The notes under the pieces: model-generated
Databases searched by the model: none
What the model saw: the letters and a program-made list of their open reading frames with translations, nothing else
Told to the model about the DNA's origin: nothing
Virus record (IMG/VR): IMGVR_UViG_3300009419_000015
Source: an uncultured virus (IMG/VR IMGVR_UViG_3300009419_000015)
Taxonomy: Duplodnaviria; Heunggongvirae; Uroviricota; Caudoviricetes
DNA: 64,000 bases
Reading direction: 5' to 3' (one strand)
Position numbers and translations under genes: made by a program
Shown here: positions 40,646 to 50,941 of the stretch, in pieces
Layout of the letters: each line of letters starts with the position of its first letter
Numbering within the stretch: the first letter of the stretch is position 1

Positions 40646-40682
40646 TATTGATAAATGATATATAATAAAAAAAGAAACAATT

Positions 40683-41117
40683 ATGAATAAAATAGCTTCA
40701 TTCGAAGATTTTAAGAAATCAAAGGCTGCACCTTCTATTAAGGAGGAGCATGGAGAAGAACATGGTGGTGAACCACAACATTATATGTTCTTTCAGAATC
40801 TTGCATCTATCAAACATTATATCGATGAGATTCTTAAAATGGAACCAGAGCAAGTTGATAATATGCTGAAAAATGGGCATGATTGGGCAGCTGATCATAT
40901 TGCAACATCTAAAGATGATATTCAGGAAGTTGCTGAATGGATCAGAAATGAAATGGAAAATCCAGGTCACGATGATGAAAGAGGTGAAGATGAAGAACAT
41001 CTTGAGCCTGAAGTTGATAATATAGTAGTTGATATCGAGGGTGGTAATGACGAAGAGGAAGAAGACGATGACGACGAGGATGAGGACGAGGATGAGGAAG
41101 AAGAAGAGGAAGCTTAA
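40683..41117 (+). CDS. Hypothetical protein with poly-acidic tail (MNKIASFEDF N-terminus)
   Basis: YMFFQNL, HDWAADHI; D/E tail; GATATATA at 40657. Confidence 0.7.
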   Translation: MNKIASFEDFKKSKAAPSIKEEHGEEHGGEPQHYMFFQNLASIKHYIDEILKMEPEQVDNMLKNGHDWAADHIATSKDDIQEVAEWIRNEMENPGHDDERGEDEEHLEPEVDNIVVDIEGGNDEEEEDDDDEDEDEDEEEEEEA

Positions 41118-41135
41118 TACCTAAATAAACAATAT

Positions 41136-41169
41136 AAAAGGCCGAAATATTAGTATTTCGGCCTTTTTT
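41136..41169 (+). terminator. Intrinsic terminator
   Basis: AAAAGGCCGAAATA-tag-TATTTCGGCCTTTT. Confidence 0.8.
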
Positions 41170-41216
41170 GTTGAAACTAATCATGTATAACTGTATATGA
41201 TTTTAAATTATCAATC

Positions 41217-41852
41217 ATGGAAGTAAATTTTGCGGATACATTTTCCAAGAGCCTGAAGAGATTATCTTGGCGCGAGAGTAGAATCTATAAGACGTATTCA
41301 TTCTTTAGATATGACATATCTAGATTCATCAAGAATGTATGGAGATTCAGAAAAGCGTTGGCTAATCATTATTGGTGGGATCATCACGCAACATTATCTT
41401 TTGTTGAAATTGGTTTATCGCACATGGCAGAAAACCTAGAAACAAAGGGTCTTGAGGTGGATGGACCGCGTTTAAAGAAGGTTGCTAAAATACGAAGAGC
41501 AGTTGAACTGATATCAAATTACAATAACGATAATTATATCGAGATGGCGGAAGCTGAACTTGGTGAGATCGTGCATCATGAATGGGAATTCGAGGATGTC
41601 CCTGATAAACCTGGATATTCTAGACTAATCGACAAGGATACAGAGGAGGAAAAAGTACATAATAGAAAAGTTTATGATAGGAGTACGGAGATAGCAAATT
41701 CTGAATGGAATGAGTTATGGACAATAATTAGAGGTCAGGATTATGAAGAATATAGCGCTATATACAAAAGTTTAAATGAGGAAGAAAAGAAAGAAGAAGA
41801 CCACCATAACAAGTGGTTTGACGGAACAGGTATGCGTGGATGGTGGGACTAA
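41217..41852 (+). CDS. Hypothetical protein ending in GWWD
   Basis: ORF. Confidence 0.65.
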   Translation: MEVNFADTFSKSLKRLSWRESRIYKTYSFFRYDISRFIKNVWRFRKALANHYWWDHHATLSFVEIGLSHMAENLETKGLEVDGPRLKKVAKIRRAVELISNYNNDNYIEMAEAELGEIVHHEWEFEDVPDKPGYSRLIDKDTEEEKVHNRKVYDRSTEIANSEWNELWTIIRGQDYEEYSAIYKSLNEEEKKEEDHHNKWFDGTGMRGWWD

Positions 41853-42459
41853 TCCTAAATACACAGAGAAAAGCATACAAAACTTACTGGAAAGCAGATT
41901 TGATAGTGGCAATATAAAGTACACGGTTTCTAATTTATATTTGTTTAGATATAACTGGGAAACTGATTTTCTTGTAGTTCAGAAAAATACCGGATATTGC
42001 TATGAGATTGAAATAAAGATAAGTAGATCAGACTTTCTTAATGATTTTAAGAAAGTTGATAAGCACTCGATAATTAAAAATGGTACTTATGTGCTTAAGA
42101 AATATAAGTATCGTTGGGATAAGGAGCTTAATAAAAGTATATCTGAACCTAATTATGTGGATACCGAATGGAAGTTTAGACCAAATAAATTCTATTATTG
42201 TGTACCTGAAGGTCTTATATCTAAGGAGGAAGTTCCTGACTATGCTGGTCTTATGTACGCAAATGAATTTGGAGTAACAACAATAAAAGAGCCTAAGTTT
42301 TTGCACAAGGATAAACTCGATTTGGAAAAACCATTATGTGACAAGTTTTATTATTATTGGAAAAATATGGTTCAGACCAACAACAATCTTAGAAAGGTTA
42401 TATTGAATAACCAGAAGGAAATATCAATGCTTAACGAGAAATTAAATAGCGGTACTTAA
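41776..42459 (+). CDS. PD-(D/E)XK nuclease-fold protein (MmcB-like); true start may be GTG 41836
   Basis: WETDFL...YEIEIKISRSDF, PNKFYYCVP, YAGL. Confidence 0.65.
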   Translation: MRKKRKKKTTITSGLTEQVCVDGGTNPKYTEKSIQNLLESRFDSGNIKYTVSNLYLFRYNWETDFLVVQKNTGYCYEIEIKISRSDFLNDFKKVDKHSIIKNGTYVLKKYKYRWDKELNKSISEPNYVDTEWKFRPNKFYYCVPEGLISKEEVPDYAGLMYANEFGVTTIKEPKFLHKDKLDLEKPLCDKFYYYWKNMVQTNNNLRKVILNNQKEISMLNEKLNSGT

Positions 42460-42460
42460 T

Positions 42461-42865
42461 ATGGATAATGATTGTATGGAAAGGTATGTTTCGTTTATAT
42501 GTGACGAGATACCAAAGTCTAAAAAAGTAAGAATAAGCCCACCGGGACCAAGAGCCGATGGAACATTGGGTTATAATATAAGACCCAAAATTGGACCATG
42601 GGTAAGTAGAATGGTTTCTGTTGAGATTATTGAAAAATATACAAGATCAGCAAAAATCAGGTTAACTTTTGAATCTTATGAAGATGAGTCAATTTATTTT
42701 ATGTCCCGCCACAAAGGACCAGATAAATTACTAAGTGAAATATCTGACAAGATATCAAAAATTGTAAACAGCAGATTAATAGCAGAAAATAGAACGGAGG
42801 ACATACGTAACGAGTATGCAAAGCTCCCGGATTTACTAGAAGTGATTAAAATTAAAGAAATATGA
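42461..42865 (+). CDS. Hypothetical protein
   Basis: ORF. Confidence 0.55.
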   Translation: MDNDCMERYVSFICDEIPKSKKVRISPPGPRADGTLGYNIRPKIGPWVSRMVSVEIIEKYTRSAKIRLTFESYEDESIYFMSRHKGPDKLLSEISDKISKIVNSRLIAENRTEDIRNEYAKLPDLLEVIKIKEI

Positions 42866-43089
42866 GAAAAACAAGAGTAATAGCAGCTTTAAAAGCTCAG
42901 GCATTAGCAGACAAGGAGAAAGCATTAATGGCTTTAGATTTATTAGAGAATCAGGCAGTTGGTATCGGTGATCATACAGCAAACGATTTTTTAAAAGATG
43001 CTACTGAATCATTGCAACTATTAGCTGAGGCAGAAGACAGATTGGATATGATTAAAAAATATTTTAAATGTGAGGAATCTGATTTATAA
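42862..43089 (+). CDS. Hypothetical protein (AVGIGDH motif)
   Basis: ATGA overlap with the upstream gene. Confidence 0.6.
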   Translation: MRKTRVIAALKAQALADKEKALMALDLLENQAVGIGDHTANDFLKDATESLQLLAEAEDRLDMIKKYFKCEESDL

Positions 43090-43309
43090 AAGGGTGATGG
43101 TGAAAGCTGTCATCGATAAAGCCATGTGCAAAATTGCTGGACACCGATATTCATATAATTTCGGATGGATGCCAACTAAATGCCATTGTAAGAGATGCGG
43201 GATGAAATGGAAAACTGTAAATAATCCCGAGTACATACCAGGAAAATCAAATCCACTGGAGATTGATATTTATACCTGGGTTGAAGATGACACTGACTTA
43301 AATAAATAG
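43070..43309 (+). CDS. Small Cys/His protein (C..GH...CKRCG)
   Basis: ORF. Confidence 0.5.
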   Translation: MRNLIYKRVMVKAVIDKAMCKIAGHRYSYNFGWMPTKCHCKRCGMKWKTVNNPEYIPGKSNPLEIDIYTWVEDDTDLNK

Positions 43310-43310
43310 T

Positions 43311-43463
43311 ATGAGCGAAGTAAATTTAATCGAAGATGAATTATGGGATCACTACAGTGGATTACCGAATCCATTATGGTATCAATACAAAAAACCATTA
43401 AGTGATGAAGAGGACGATACAGATGATAGCGCTAGTGCTGGAATTAATAACGAGAAAATTTAA
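43311..43463 (+). CDS. Small hypothetical protein (50 aa, WDHYSGLPNP; not in the ORF track)
   Basis: Hand translation. Confidence 0.5.
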   Translation: MSEVNLIEDELWDHYSGLPNPLWYQYKKPLSDEEDDTDDSASAGINNEKI

Positions 43464-43481
43464 ACGTAAAAGAAAAAGTAT

Positions 43482-43631
43482 ATGGGAACTGTAGTTAAAG
43501 AACAAGCAAAAGACCAATTAATTGATTTGTATGAACAACAAATTGCAGATTTGGTAATGATGTCAAAAATCGAATTAGGTGATGATGTAATCGAAAAGAT
43601 ACGTGAACTTAAAAAGATTATCAATGGCTAA
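43482..43631 (+). CDS. Small hypothetical protein (49 aa; not in the ORF track)
   Basis: Hand translation MGTVVKEQAKDQLIDLYEQQ... Confidence 0.5.
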   Translation: MGTVVKEQAKDQLIDLYEQQIADLVMMSKIELGDDVIEKIRELKKIING

Positions 43632-43812
43632 CCTACTTAAAGAAAATGTTAGGGTTGCATTTCGTTCAGATGATTCAAATTATGATTGGATGTCTGAGAT
43701 TTCTAAGCAACCAGGATTTGAATTCATGACTTGCTCAAAAATTTCAAATAACGAGAATCCAAAATGGCCAAAATGGACGTTTATTATTGACTATAAAAGA
43801 AACATAAAATAA
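43624..43812 (+). CDS. Hypothetical protein
   Basis: ATG at 43624 overlapping the upstream stop. Confidence 0.45.
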   Translation: MANLLKENVRVAFRSDDSNYDWMSEISKQPGFEFMTCSKISNNENPKWPKWTFIIDYKRNIK

Positions 43813-43816
43813 ACAT

Positions 43817-44065
43817 ATGAAAACTTACAATGACGGACCGATTGGAAGCATCGATTGGACGAAATATAAAATTATAGTTCCCACTGAGGAGGACAAAAAA
43901 GAATTAGAAGAAGCTTTTGAACATTTACATTACACGGACTGCGACACAAATTTTGTTACCGTCAATCAATTGATTCATGAATATTTAACTCCAGAAAGAA
44001 CTGGTAATCCCCAGACAAGAAATAATATCCTTGTAAACAAAGATCTCTATGAACAACTTAGATAA
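43817..44065 (+). CDS. Hypothetical protein
   Basis: ORF. Confidence 0.55.
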   Translation: MKTYNDGPIGSIDWTKYKIIVPTEEDKKELEEAFEHLHYTDCDTNFVTVNQLIHEYLTPERTGNPQTRNNILVNKDLYEQLR

Positions 44066-45260
44066 ACAATACACAGACTTACTCCGAGACATCCTGGATA
44101 ATGGAACCTCTAAATCTGATCGTACTGGTACAGGGACAATCTCCGTATTTGGAAGACAGATTAGGCATAAGATGTCTGAGGGGTTTCCTTTACTGACTAC
44201 AAAGAAAATGCCATTTAAAACGATCACAACCGAATTATTGTGGTTTTTAAGAGGTGATACCAATATTAAGTATTTAGTTGATAATGGATGTAACATCTGG
44301 AATGGTGATGCTTATAAGAATTATGAGAAGTGGTATGATAATGAGGTAGTTAACCTACCATTCGATAAACCTAAACGATTTACACGGGAAGAGTTTATTA
44401 AAGCTATTTCTCTGGATGATGACTTTGCTGAGAAGTGGGGTGAGTTAGGTCCAATTTATGGTAAGCAATGGTGAAAGTGGGAAACAGACGATGCTGACGC
44501 TCCTAGATATGAACACTACAAAAAAGATATAGACCAAATCCAAAATCTAATCAACGACCTTAAAACAAATCCAGACTCAAGACGATTAATGGTTAATGCT
44601 TGGAATGTTGGAGAATTAGACCAAATGGTTCTTCCACCATGTCATTATGGATTTCAAGTTTACACAAGAGAGTTGAGTGATAGTGAAAGAGCTAAAATAT
44701 ATTGGGATAAAAAAGGTATTGAAAATCCTATATTACCTGCCTTAAGAAAAGACATTGACAATGATAATATCCCAACCAGAGCAATCTCTTTAATGTGGAA
44801 TCAACGTTCAGTAGATACATTCTTAGGTTTACCATTCAATATTGCTTCTTATGGATTGTTATTAGAAATCATTGCGAAAGAGGTTAATATGGTTCCTGTT
44901 GAATTGATTGGCAACTTAGGTGATGTTCATTTATATTCAAATCACATTGACCAGGCGAGAGAACAGATTGGGAGAGATTTAACGAATGAGGAGAGGTATA
45001 ATATGTGGTTTAATAACAATTATGAAACGGGTATGGAAAGATTTTTTAACCCAAATGAATTACCTGACTTTGATAATGAATATTACAAACCAACACCAAA
45101 AAGAACAAGACAACCTTATCCACTACCAGCAATAGAAATTAGCGGTTCATGGAAATTCTTATCTTCATCCCCATGTTTTGCAGATACAATAGAATACAAG
45201 GATATTAAGTTGGAAAATTACCAATCACACCCGGAGATTAAAGCACCTTTAAGTAACTAA
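44049..45260 (+). pseudogene. thyA: Thymidylate synthase ThyA interrupted by one in-frame TGA (44472-44474)
   Basis: DRTGTGT, ELLWFL, YGKQW*KW, DQI..., PDSRR, LPPCH, QRSVD.FLGLPFN all in one frame. Confidence 0.85.
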
Positions 45261-45271
45261 AAATATAAACA

Positions 45272-45658
45272 ATGGCAATGATGGCAAAATACTATAGAGA
45301 ATCAATACAGGAACCACTTAAGCCGGAATATAGAGGATTTAATATTAATAAAAAATCGGATTCCGTTAAATCTGGTTCTAATCCAAGATTTAACGAGCAG
45401 TACTACAAGGAATTAAGAGGATGGGAAATAACTAAAAGCCGGGATAATAAAATTATCGAGGATAGGGATGGTGGAAATTCAATAATGAATCATCTGCTCA
45501 TCTATGACTTTACCACGAAATTTGTTTTATTCGTGATGCGATTACTAGGTTCCACTATAACGAATGTTTATAAAAGTATCAGAAAGTCCGAAACTAAATC
45601 GGGTAATTTGCAATTGAATAAATTAGAGGAAGTTAAATCTGCTATAAAAACAAAATAA
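45272..45658 (+). CDS. Hypothetical protein
   Basis: ORF. Confidence 0.5.
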   Translation: MAMMAKYYRESIQEPLKPEYRGFNINKKSDSVKSGSNPRFNEQYYKELRGWEITKSRDNKIIEDRDGGNSIMNHLLIYDFTTKFVLFVMRLLGSTITNVYKSIRKSETKSGNLQLNKLEEVKSAIKTK

Positions 45659-45659
45659 T

Positions 45660-46145
45660 ATGATATTGGATATCTTTAAGAAAAAAAAATCTGTTGAGAC
45701 ACTCAACAAGATGGAGGAAATAGCATCTGTACTAAAAACTAAGATACCAAAAAATCATAAATATGACACACCTACTTTTATTAAGAGCAATAAAATAGGG
45801 GGAACGTTTAATGATATTGGAATTGGTTCAAATAAAACATTCGGTAGTTGTATGGGAACTTCCGGATCCCGAGGAACTAGTGGAATCCATGGAGCATGCT
45901 CAATTCCTGGTACCATCGGTGGATATGGATATGATGTAATTCATGATTCGACACCAAGATATAATGTGACTCGCAATCCCCATATTATGATTGATAGCAG
46001 CGATATTGTAGATGTCTCTGGATTAAGATATGTTGGAAAATCAAAGATTAACGGAAATTCCATATATGAGTATATGGGAGGTGGATTAGAACAGATTAAA
46101 TCAAAAGGATATAACTATGAGGAGCTACTTAGCGAATTTTTTTAG
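45660..46145 (+). CDS. Hypothetical protein
   Basis: ORF with Gly/Ser/Thr-rich segment. Confidence 0.5.
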   Translation: MILDIFKKKKSVETLNKMEEIASVLKTKIPKNHKYDTPTFIKSNKIGGTFNDIGIGSNKTFGSCMGTSGSRGTSGIHGACSIPGTIGGYGYDVIHDSTPRYNVTRNPHIMIDSSDIVDVSGLRYVGKSKINGNSIYEYMGGGLEQIKSKGYNYEELLSEFF

Positions 46146-46259
46146 ATCGTTCAGTTTTATTTCGATCTTGGTGTGGCTCATAATATTAACTATTAGCTAC
46201 CAAATTGCTAAATTATGGATTGTTCCGTTATATAATTTTATATCTGGAATTTGATAAGT

Positions 46260-46472
46260 TTAATTTCTATCAGGAAATAGTGGATCTGGTGAAATCATCG
46301 GATCCTTCTTGTTTTTTAAGTATTCCATTGCTGTTCTACCTAACTGCTCCTCGAACGATGGCATTTTATAGTCCAGATTACATGTACTTTCACCATTGGA
46401 ATTACCTAATCCTGGATTCATTGCCTCCAGTCTTTTTATAATATGGTCTAAATATTCTTTACTTGGCTTCAT
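46260..46472 (-). CDS. Hypothetical protein
   Basis: GATATATA on the minus strand (46477-46484) 4 nt before the ATG. Confidence 0.55.
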   Translation of the reverse strand: MKPSKEYLDHIIKRLEAMNPGLGNSNGESTCNLDYKMPSFEEQLGRTAMEYLKNKKDPMISPDPLFPDRN

Positions 46473-46572
46473 TTATTATATATCTGATTTTTTTTAACCG
46501 GGATCTTTGATTATATTTGCATAAGATTTTGTAGAGAGCGAAACAAAAAATATAAAATGAATTTAATAATTA

Positions 46573-47040
46573 ATGGAATACTCTAAATTTGCAGAAATAA
46601 TACTAAGACTTAAATCGCAACAATCAAAATCCGATTCGGCTTATAAACTGAAGATCGATCTCATAGATTTTAACGATGATCTTAATAGAATAATAGACCT
46701 ATTAATAAAAGAGGTTTATGGCGAGGAAGGCTATGATTGGTTCACCTGGTTCTGTTACGAAAGCGACTTCGGGGAGAAGGACTGGAGTACATTACCTTGC
46801 TATAAGATGGTAGATGGAAAAATGGTAAAAATAATTGACGAGGGAGAAGTTCGATATGGAGCCAGTGACGAAAATGGAAATCCTATATGCCATTCTATAG
46901 AATCAACATGGGAGTTCTTGGAAGCCAATTACTCCAGATACGAAGATCTAAAAACAGGAAAGAAAAAGAAATCCGAAAAGTCTGTCTGGGAGGACATCGC
47001 TAAGGACTTTAATAATGGTAAAAACGAAAAAAATAAATAG
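46573..47040 (+). CDS. Hypothetical protein
   Basis: ORF; WFTWFCYESDFG. Confidence 0.6.
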   Translation: MEYSKFAEIILRLKSQQSKSDSAYKLKIDLIDFNDDLNRIIDLLIKEVYGEEGYDWFTWFCYESDFGEKDWSTLPCYKMVDGKMVKIIDEGEVRYGASDENGNPICHSIESTWEFLEANYSRYEDLKTGKKKKSEKSVWEDIAKDFNNGKNEKNK

Positions 47041-47313
47041 ATGAAGAATTTATTATCACTATCATTTCTATGCTTATCTACATTTCTATATTCACAGAAA
47101 AGAGAAACACCTAATGTTGTAAGATATGCAGATTTTGCATACGCTACCGAAATCCGGGACACTTTATTTCTAGCATCGGATAACCCAATGTCCAATAGAA
47201 CATGGAATGTATGGAAAGCTGATCCTGAATGGGATGGAGCCAATCCGGTGATTGTGTTTGTTACACAATCTGAATTGGACAGAAAAAAGAAAGCTGCAGA
47301 TAAAAAAAATTAG
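47041..47313 (+). CDS. Small secreted protein
   Basis: Signal-peptide-like N-terminus. Confidence 0.5.
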   Translation: MKNLLSLSFLCLSTFLYSQKRETPNVVRYADFAYATEIRDTLFLASDNPMSNRTWNVWKADPEWDGANPVIVFVTQSELDRKKKAADKKN

Positions 47314-47362
47314 CACAGTGGAAAATAGAGTCACTAGAATTGGAATTTTAAAAAAAATAAAA

Positions 47363-48304
47363 ATGAGAGAATTAGAAGAAACGCACCCATGGGAGACTTA
47401 TCAGGACTCGGATGCTGAAGAAAAAATAGATTTCCACCAGTGGACAATTAATGGTGACGGTAGTTTCTTACCAGCACCTGCGACTATCATAAAATTGAAG
47501 CCTGGTCTATATGAGCCTCTGTATAATAACAGAGCTGGAGAATGGGGATTGAGAAAACAGAAAATCAACACTGACGAGCTTTATGAATTGCCAACCCCTG
47601 AAATTTCAGTAATTCTTAATGATCTTAAAAGTTTCTGGAATAAGATAGAAATATATGATCAATATAAACTTATGCACAAAAGAGGTATACTTTTATATGG
47701 TGATCCAGGAGCTGGTAAATCTGGGATACTTCAATTGTGTATGAAGCACATCATAGAAGAATTAAACGGATTGGTTATTAATCTAAAAGACGAGGACACA
47801 GTTAGAGGTTATCTTGATGTTGTTCCAAAACTTAGACAAATAGAACCAGAAAGACCTATAGTTGTTATTATCGAGGATATCGATTCAATTGCGGGGGAAA
47901 GTAGTTATATCACATCACAGCTTCTTAATATGCTGGATGGTATTAAACAGATAGAAAATGTTGCTTATATAGCTACGACAAACTATCCTGAGAAATTGGC
48001 AGAAAGAATAACCAACAGACCATCTAGATTTGATAGAAGATATTACATCGCTCCTCCTAGCAAGGAAGTTAGAAAAGCATATCTCGAAAGAAAATTAGGA
48101 GACGCTTCAAAGTTAACTGACATGGATCGGTGGATCGATGATACCGAGGGTATGTCAATGTCTCACCTGAAGGAACTATTCATTTCTGTATTCGTTCTCG
48201 ACGTTGCATATGATGAAGCTATCAACCACCTTAAGGAGATGAAAAAAACACCAAGAGGTAAAGGACAGAAGAGTGTTGGATTCGGTAACAACCCATCAAA
48301 TTAA
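47363..48304 (+). CDS. AAA+ ATPase
   Basis: RGILLYGDPGAGKS, IIEDID, LLNMLDG, TTN, RPSRFD; ATG at 47363. Confidence 0.9.
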   Translation: MRELEETHPWETYQDSDAEEKIDFHQWTINGDGSFLPAPATIIKLKPGLYEPLYNNRAGEWGLRKQKINTDELYELPTPEISVILNDLKSFWNKIEIYDQYKLMHKRGILLYGDPGAGKSGILQLCMKHIIEELNGLVINLKDEDTVRGYLDVVPKLRQIEPERPIVVIIEDIDSIAGESSYITSQLLNMLDGIKQIENVAYIATTNYPEKLAERITNRPSRFDRRYYIAPPSKEVRKAYLERKLGDASKLTDMDRWIDDTEGMSMSHLKELFISVFVLDVAYDEAINHLKEMKKTPRGKGQKSVGFGNNPSN

Positions 48305-48310
48305 TCTACC

Positions 48311-48652
48311 ATGAGTGGAGGTGCTTTCAATTACGATCAATATAAAATCAGACAAATTGCTGATCAGATAGATCATGAAATAGAATTAAGCGGTAGACCT
48401 AAAACCAAGGAGGAGATTAAGGATGATTTCAAAAATTCCGAGTGGTATGAAAAATACCCAGAGGATCTAAATCATTACAAATATCCGGATCATGTAATAG
48501 AGCAATTTAAGAATGCTGTTAATGCATTAAGAGTTGCAGAAATATATGCTCATAGAATTGATTGGTTAATTAGCGGAGATGACGGGGAGGATACCTTCAT
48601 CGAGAGATTAAAAGAAGACCTTAAAAAATTGGAAGATGGAAAAAGTAACTAA
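48311..48652 (+). CDS. Hypothetical protein (MSGGAFNY)
   Basis: ORF. Confidence 0.6.
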   Translation: MSGGAFNYDQYKIRQIADQIDHEIELSGRPKTKEEIKDDFKNSEWYEKYPEDLNHYKYPDHVIEQFKNAVNALRVAEIYAHRIDWLISGDDGEDTFIERLKEDLKKLEDGKSN

Positions 48653-48905
48653 AACATTTACTAAAGGAAATGTTATTGTCGAGGATATTAAAGTCGGGGA
48701 TATTCACTATGAATATGATTATGGTATGGGAATTAAATGTGAGGTAATAACTTTGCCAACATTGAATGAAGATGGTAAATATGAATGGAAAAGCAAAAAT
48801 GTGAATACCGGTAAGGAAATTGATTATTTGGTTGACCCGAAATATTCACACTACTCGGCAAACCTATATGATTATGAAGCTTATAAAGTTAATACCTACA
48901 TCTAG
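48636..48905 (+). CDS. Hypothetical protein
   Basis: ORF. Confidence 0.55.
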   Translation: MEKVTKTFTKGNVIVEDIKVGDIHYEYDYGMGIKCEVITLPTLNEDGKYEWKSKNVNTGKEIDYLVDPKYSHYSANLYDYEAYKVNTYI

Positions 48906-48938
48906 TGAATATTAGTAAAGAATTTAAAAAAATTCAAA

Positions 48939-49229
48939 ATGGTTAATCCAGAAAGACTCGAAGAAAAGTGGTTTACTTTTTACCGCTATAACTGTACAGA
49001 GGGATTCGTTGATATTTGGATGGGCGACTCTGCTGACAATCCAAATAGCGAGTTTAAATCCCGATGGAATCTAAACTCTTTTAGTACATACATCAGATTA
49101 AATGGTGAAGATAAATGGTATCCTGATCAATTCAGGAGGGGTACTAAAGGATTGATCTCCGAAATGGCTGAGAGCTCAACGTCATTTGAAATTTGGAACG
49201 AATTAAGAAAAGATAATTACGAGGAATAA
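48939..49229 (+). CDS. Hypothetical protein
   Basis: ORF. Confidence 0.55.
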   Translation: MVNPERLEEKWFTFYRYNCTEGFVDIWMGDSADNPNSEFKSRWNLNSFSTYIRLNGEDKWYPDQFRRGTKGLISEMAESSTSFEIWNELRKDNYEE

Positions 49230-49858
49230 TGAAAGGAACACTGTGGAATAAACATGGATGGGTTATTGAATACCAAACATATTCTGGACCGGGAAAGAGC
49301 TCTGAGAGATCTGTACCACTTCACCCTGATAGTAAGGAGAAGCCAGGACTAATCGGATTGGAAGGAAGCGTTATGGATTTCGAGATGGTGAAAATAAATC
49401 CACTCGGAAGGGAGGTTGATCCTATGGATCTGTCACAGAACCAATCGGAGTGCATATGGGTTGCTAAATTGACGTCTAATGAACTATTTTGTGATGCCAT
49501 TAATACCAATAGGGAATCAGAAATAGCTGAAGCAGACAAAGAGTATGTGCTCTGTGCAGCAGTTTGGTACAAAGATCTACCGATGAAGAGACCAGAAGTT
49601 CTAGATAATCGGGGATTCCGTCCTTATAATGTTGATCGAGGTGTAGTTATAAGTGGTTGGCGACATGCCAATTGCATATACCAAATGGTTGCAATTACTG
49701 GACTTAGATCTATCCCTGCGGAAGCAGGTGAAGAGATACAAGGATTTCTTACAAACAAGAATCGATTTGTCGACCGAAAAGAAGGTGGTGAAATTGCATT
49801 TGCTGCAGGACAAACAACTGAATTAAAAACAACTCTGTATTCAGAGGATCTGTATTAA
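49229..49858 (+). CDS. Hypothetical protein (GWRH...QGFLT..RFVDR...LYSEDLY)
   Basis: ORF with TAATG coupling. Confidence 0.6.
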   Translation: MKGTLWNKHGWVIEYQTYSGPGKSSERSVPLHPDSKEKPGLIGLEGSVMDFEMVKINPLGREVDPMDLSQNQSECIWVAKLTSNELFCDAINTNRESEIAEADKEYVLCAAVWYKDLPMKRPEVLDNRGFRPYNVDRGVVISGWRHANCIYQMVAITGLRSIPAEAGEEIQGFLTNKNRFVDRKEGGEIAFAAGQTTELKTTLYSEDLY

Positions 49859-49872
49859 TTAAATAAATTATC

Positions 49873-50439
49873 ATGAAAATTTTGTTTTTGGACAACGATG
49901 GAGTAATATGTCTCTACAACAATTGGGGAGGCAGGGGTAAGAAATGGTCGAAATACCGTTCTGAAAATCCTGAATCAAGTTCAATGTTAAGCGATGCTCC
50001 CGTTGAAATACGTTTCGATGATTTTGACAAGAAGGCAATTAGTATACTTAATGGGATCATTGAGGAAACTGGAGCTGAAATTGTTGTAAGTTCTGATTGG
50101 AAATTACATGCAACTCTAGAAGAGCTTGGAGATTATTATGAAGCACAAGGAATTATTAAACGACCAATTGCAATAACTCCAAATCTTCATGAATTCGACC
50201 CAGAAACAAATGACATGTTTACATGGAAGCGATGGTTAGAACGTAAAAGAATTCTTGAAATTGAAAGGTACCTGAATGATAACCCCGATATAACTCATTG
50301 GGTTGCTGTTGACGATTTGAATATGAGTCCGGAAGCAAACGGTGGATATGGACTGAAAAACTTTGTCCTAACACCAAGAAGTAGTGAAGGCATTAAACAA
50401 TCAGGAATCAAAGAGAAATTATTAAAGCATCTAATCTAA
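49873..50439 (+). CDS. HAD-superfamily phosphatase (Swiss-army-knife RNA-repair type)
   Basis: LFLDNDGV, IVVSSDWK, WVAVDD. Confidence 0.8.
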   Translation: MKILFLDNDGVICLYNNWGGRGKKWSKYRSENPESSSMLSDAPVEIRFDDFDKKAISILNGIIEETGAEIVVSSDWKLHATLEELGDYYEAQGIIKRPIAITPNLHEFDPETNDMFTWKRWLERKRILEIERYLNDNPDITHWVAVDDLNMSPEANGGYGLKNFVLTPRSSEGIKQSGIKEKLLKHLI

Positions 50440-50493
50440 TTTTTTATATACGTAGATATGCCGTATATTTGGTTCATGTTAAATTAAAAATAT

Positions 50494-50934
50494 ATGTCTG
50501 ATTTTCCTATTGTGATTTATAATTCCGATTTTTCAGGTACTCAGATGAAAAAAATCGGCTGTACACTAACTGGGATTATTGGGATGTCTAACCAATTTGC
50601 AAGTACTATCAGCCAGCGTGGATATTATGGAGATCAGGAAGCAATATTCGAATTGTCATTTGTTGGTCAGTATCAGATGGTAGGCGTAGATTTCCTGCTT
50701 TCTTGTTTATCTGGATCAGCATGGACCATTAGAATGGAGCACGAAAGGGATTTTTTTTCCTCTGGTGTGACGGATGTAACAATATCATGTCCACACTTCA
50801 ATGAAAGCTCAGAGGAATTGCTATTGCGTCTGATTAATAATGAAATTAATACCAACCCCAGGTGGCTGGACTATATCGATGGATTTATCCTGGCTACTAC
50901 TAATTATGAATTTGAATTTATAAAAATTAAATAA
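50494..50934 (+). CDS. Hypothetical protein
   Basis: ORF after a class I promoter (50441-50471). Confidence 0.5.
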   Translation: MSDFPIVIYNSDFSGTQMKKIGCTLTGIIGMSNQFASTISQRGYYGDQEAIFELSFVGQYQMVGVDFLLSCLSGSAWTIRMEHERDFFSSGVTDVTISCPHFNESSEELLLRLINNEINTNPRWLDYIDGFILATTNYEFEFIKIK

Positions 50935-50941
50935 TATAAAT

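Noticed and set aside
44472..44474. Genome-wide stop-codon reassignment (TGA or TAG)
   Set aside because: TGA ends normal genes (6389; ATGA overlap at 42862-42865), TAG also ends genes (2291), and long genes are intact in code 11. Only thyA shows an internal stop.
44475..44588. Group I intron in thyA (as in T4 td)
   Set aside because: The gap between the two ORFs translates in frame into conserved ThyA sequence (IDQI...PDSRR), so nothing is inserted.
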